This document shows positions 62,791 to 64,000 of a stretch of 64,000 bases of DNA, piece after piece (the stretch's first letter is position 1; each line of letters starts with the position of its first letter). Location: positions 25,792,001 through 25,856,000 of the forward strand of contig CM022665.1 in NCBI GenBank assembly GCA_012295275.1, read 5' to 3'. A program made the translations under genes and the position numbers. The notes beneath the pieces were generated by a model. It did no database searches and was not told the origin of the DNA. It was given only the letters and a program-made list of their open reading frames with translations. The DNA comes from Chrysomallon squamiferum (taxonomy: Eukaryota > Animalia > Mollusca).

Positions 62791-64000
62791 TTCTTGATGG
62801 TTTCTGTGTTTATTTTGCTAGTAAACTACAGTATATTGATATTACAATAAAAGACACGTTTAAAAATTAACACATGATGTTTGAGTAACTTAAGTTAATA
62901 TTGAATGTATAGTGTCATTCCTGCATGACGACAACTAAATGTAACCTATGGCTTTTAATTAAAACAACATGGCATGTTCAGCAGTAACAGAAAGCCTTTT
63001 ACTTTTCAAGAAAGTGTTTATGTTAATTATCATTGAGTACCAGCTGCAGCTGCAATACTGTTTGTGTAAGCTACATCTGATGTTGGAATACAGTAACACA
63101 TATTGCAGTATGTAATGGATCTAGAGTACATACAAACTTAAATTATTTTTAAAGTTAATATTGATACATTTGGTATTTAAAGAGAACTGGTACATAATAT
63201 CACTTTCAGAAATATGTTTTAATTATGCTTCAAAAATATTGTTTGTAAATATTTTTAATTATGAATAATATATTAAGTTATGTTGCGTGTATTTTCAGCA
63301 ACAACCACTCACACATAGTTGTTTGTGATGTTATAAACGGTGTAGGCAATACCATTTTCATAAAAAGAGATCTGAGATTTTTAAGTATTAATAGTTATTT
63401 TAAAATTGAATTACTAAACTCTAAAATCGATAATATTGTGTTGATTTCTGTTTAATAATTACAACAAATAATTTCTGTTCATTATTTTTGTTGCAGATTG
63501 CATTATAGTCCAAACCACTTACGAGTTATTTCCCCTGTTACAATCTTGAATACCTTTCTTTCTCTAAAAAAAACATTTTTTGAGGCTTTTGATTCCTAAT
63601 AGAAATTATAAGAATATTTCCTTACAATTGCTTTAAAAAACAAAAAGTGAAATTGTAGGCATTAAAGTGAATTACAGAATATTAATTTATATAAATTATT
63701 TAAGAAAGGTTTTTTATTTTTAAGATTTTATTTCATTTTATAAATTTAAATTAATTTCTAAGGCACAGTTTGCGAAATAAAAACTGAAACCTAAATGGAA
63801 AATTTGTTCATGTTTGTTTTGTTTTTTTTGTGGGTTTTTTCCCAATTATAAAAAATAACCAGTGATGCTGATATTTTTATTCAAATTCATTGTTCTTTTT
63901 TAAGCTATCTTTCATTTTACTTTAAACTTTGTAAAAATATTGTTATGAATTTTATTTATGCTTGTGTATGTGTATTTTATATTTTCAATTTTACTTTTTT

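Overview
AT-rich, intron-rich animal DNA. It is probably a mollusc/gastropod, inferred from the style of decayed SINEs and MITEs, not proven. Four protein-coding loci can be rebuilt by hand with GT-AG splice sites and consistent phases. (1) COQ8/ADCK3-4 UbiB-family atypical kinase on the minus strand: 12 coding exons, 18562 to 763, with the last exon beyond the left edge. (2) An intronless class A GPCR (3829-4920) nested on the same strand inside the 11.3-kb COQ8 intron, with a candidate TATA/CCAAT promoter of its own. (3) The neuronal splicing factor Nova on the minus strand: 5 coding exons, 598 aa, three KH domains, a 23.7-kb first intron and a ~3.1-kb 3'UTR. (4) A divergent 3-hydroxyacyl-CoA-dehydrogenase-like gene on the plus strand (6 exons seen), whose catalytic His is replaced by Arg. 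The strongest unexplained signal is in the last Nova intron: two dense clusters of Nova's own binding motif YCAY (6 in 35 nt and 16 in 120 nt) around three competing 5' splice sites, one of which would add a stop codon. This suggests an autoregulatory splicing switch at a position different from the known vertebrate NOVA1 exon-4 loop. Other highlights are a strand-specific 18-bp hairpin upstream of the Nova start, several candidate alternative first, poison or recursive exons in Nova intron 1, pogo/Tigger DNA-transposon relics, and simple repeats. All calls are manual; no database searches were run.
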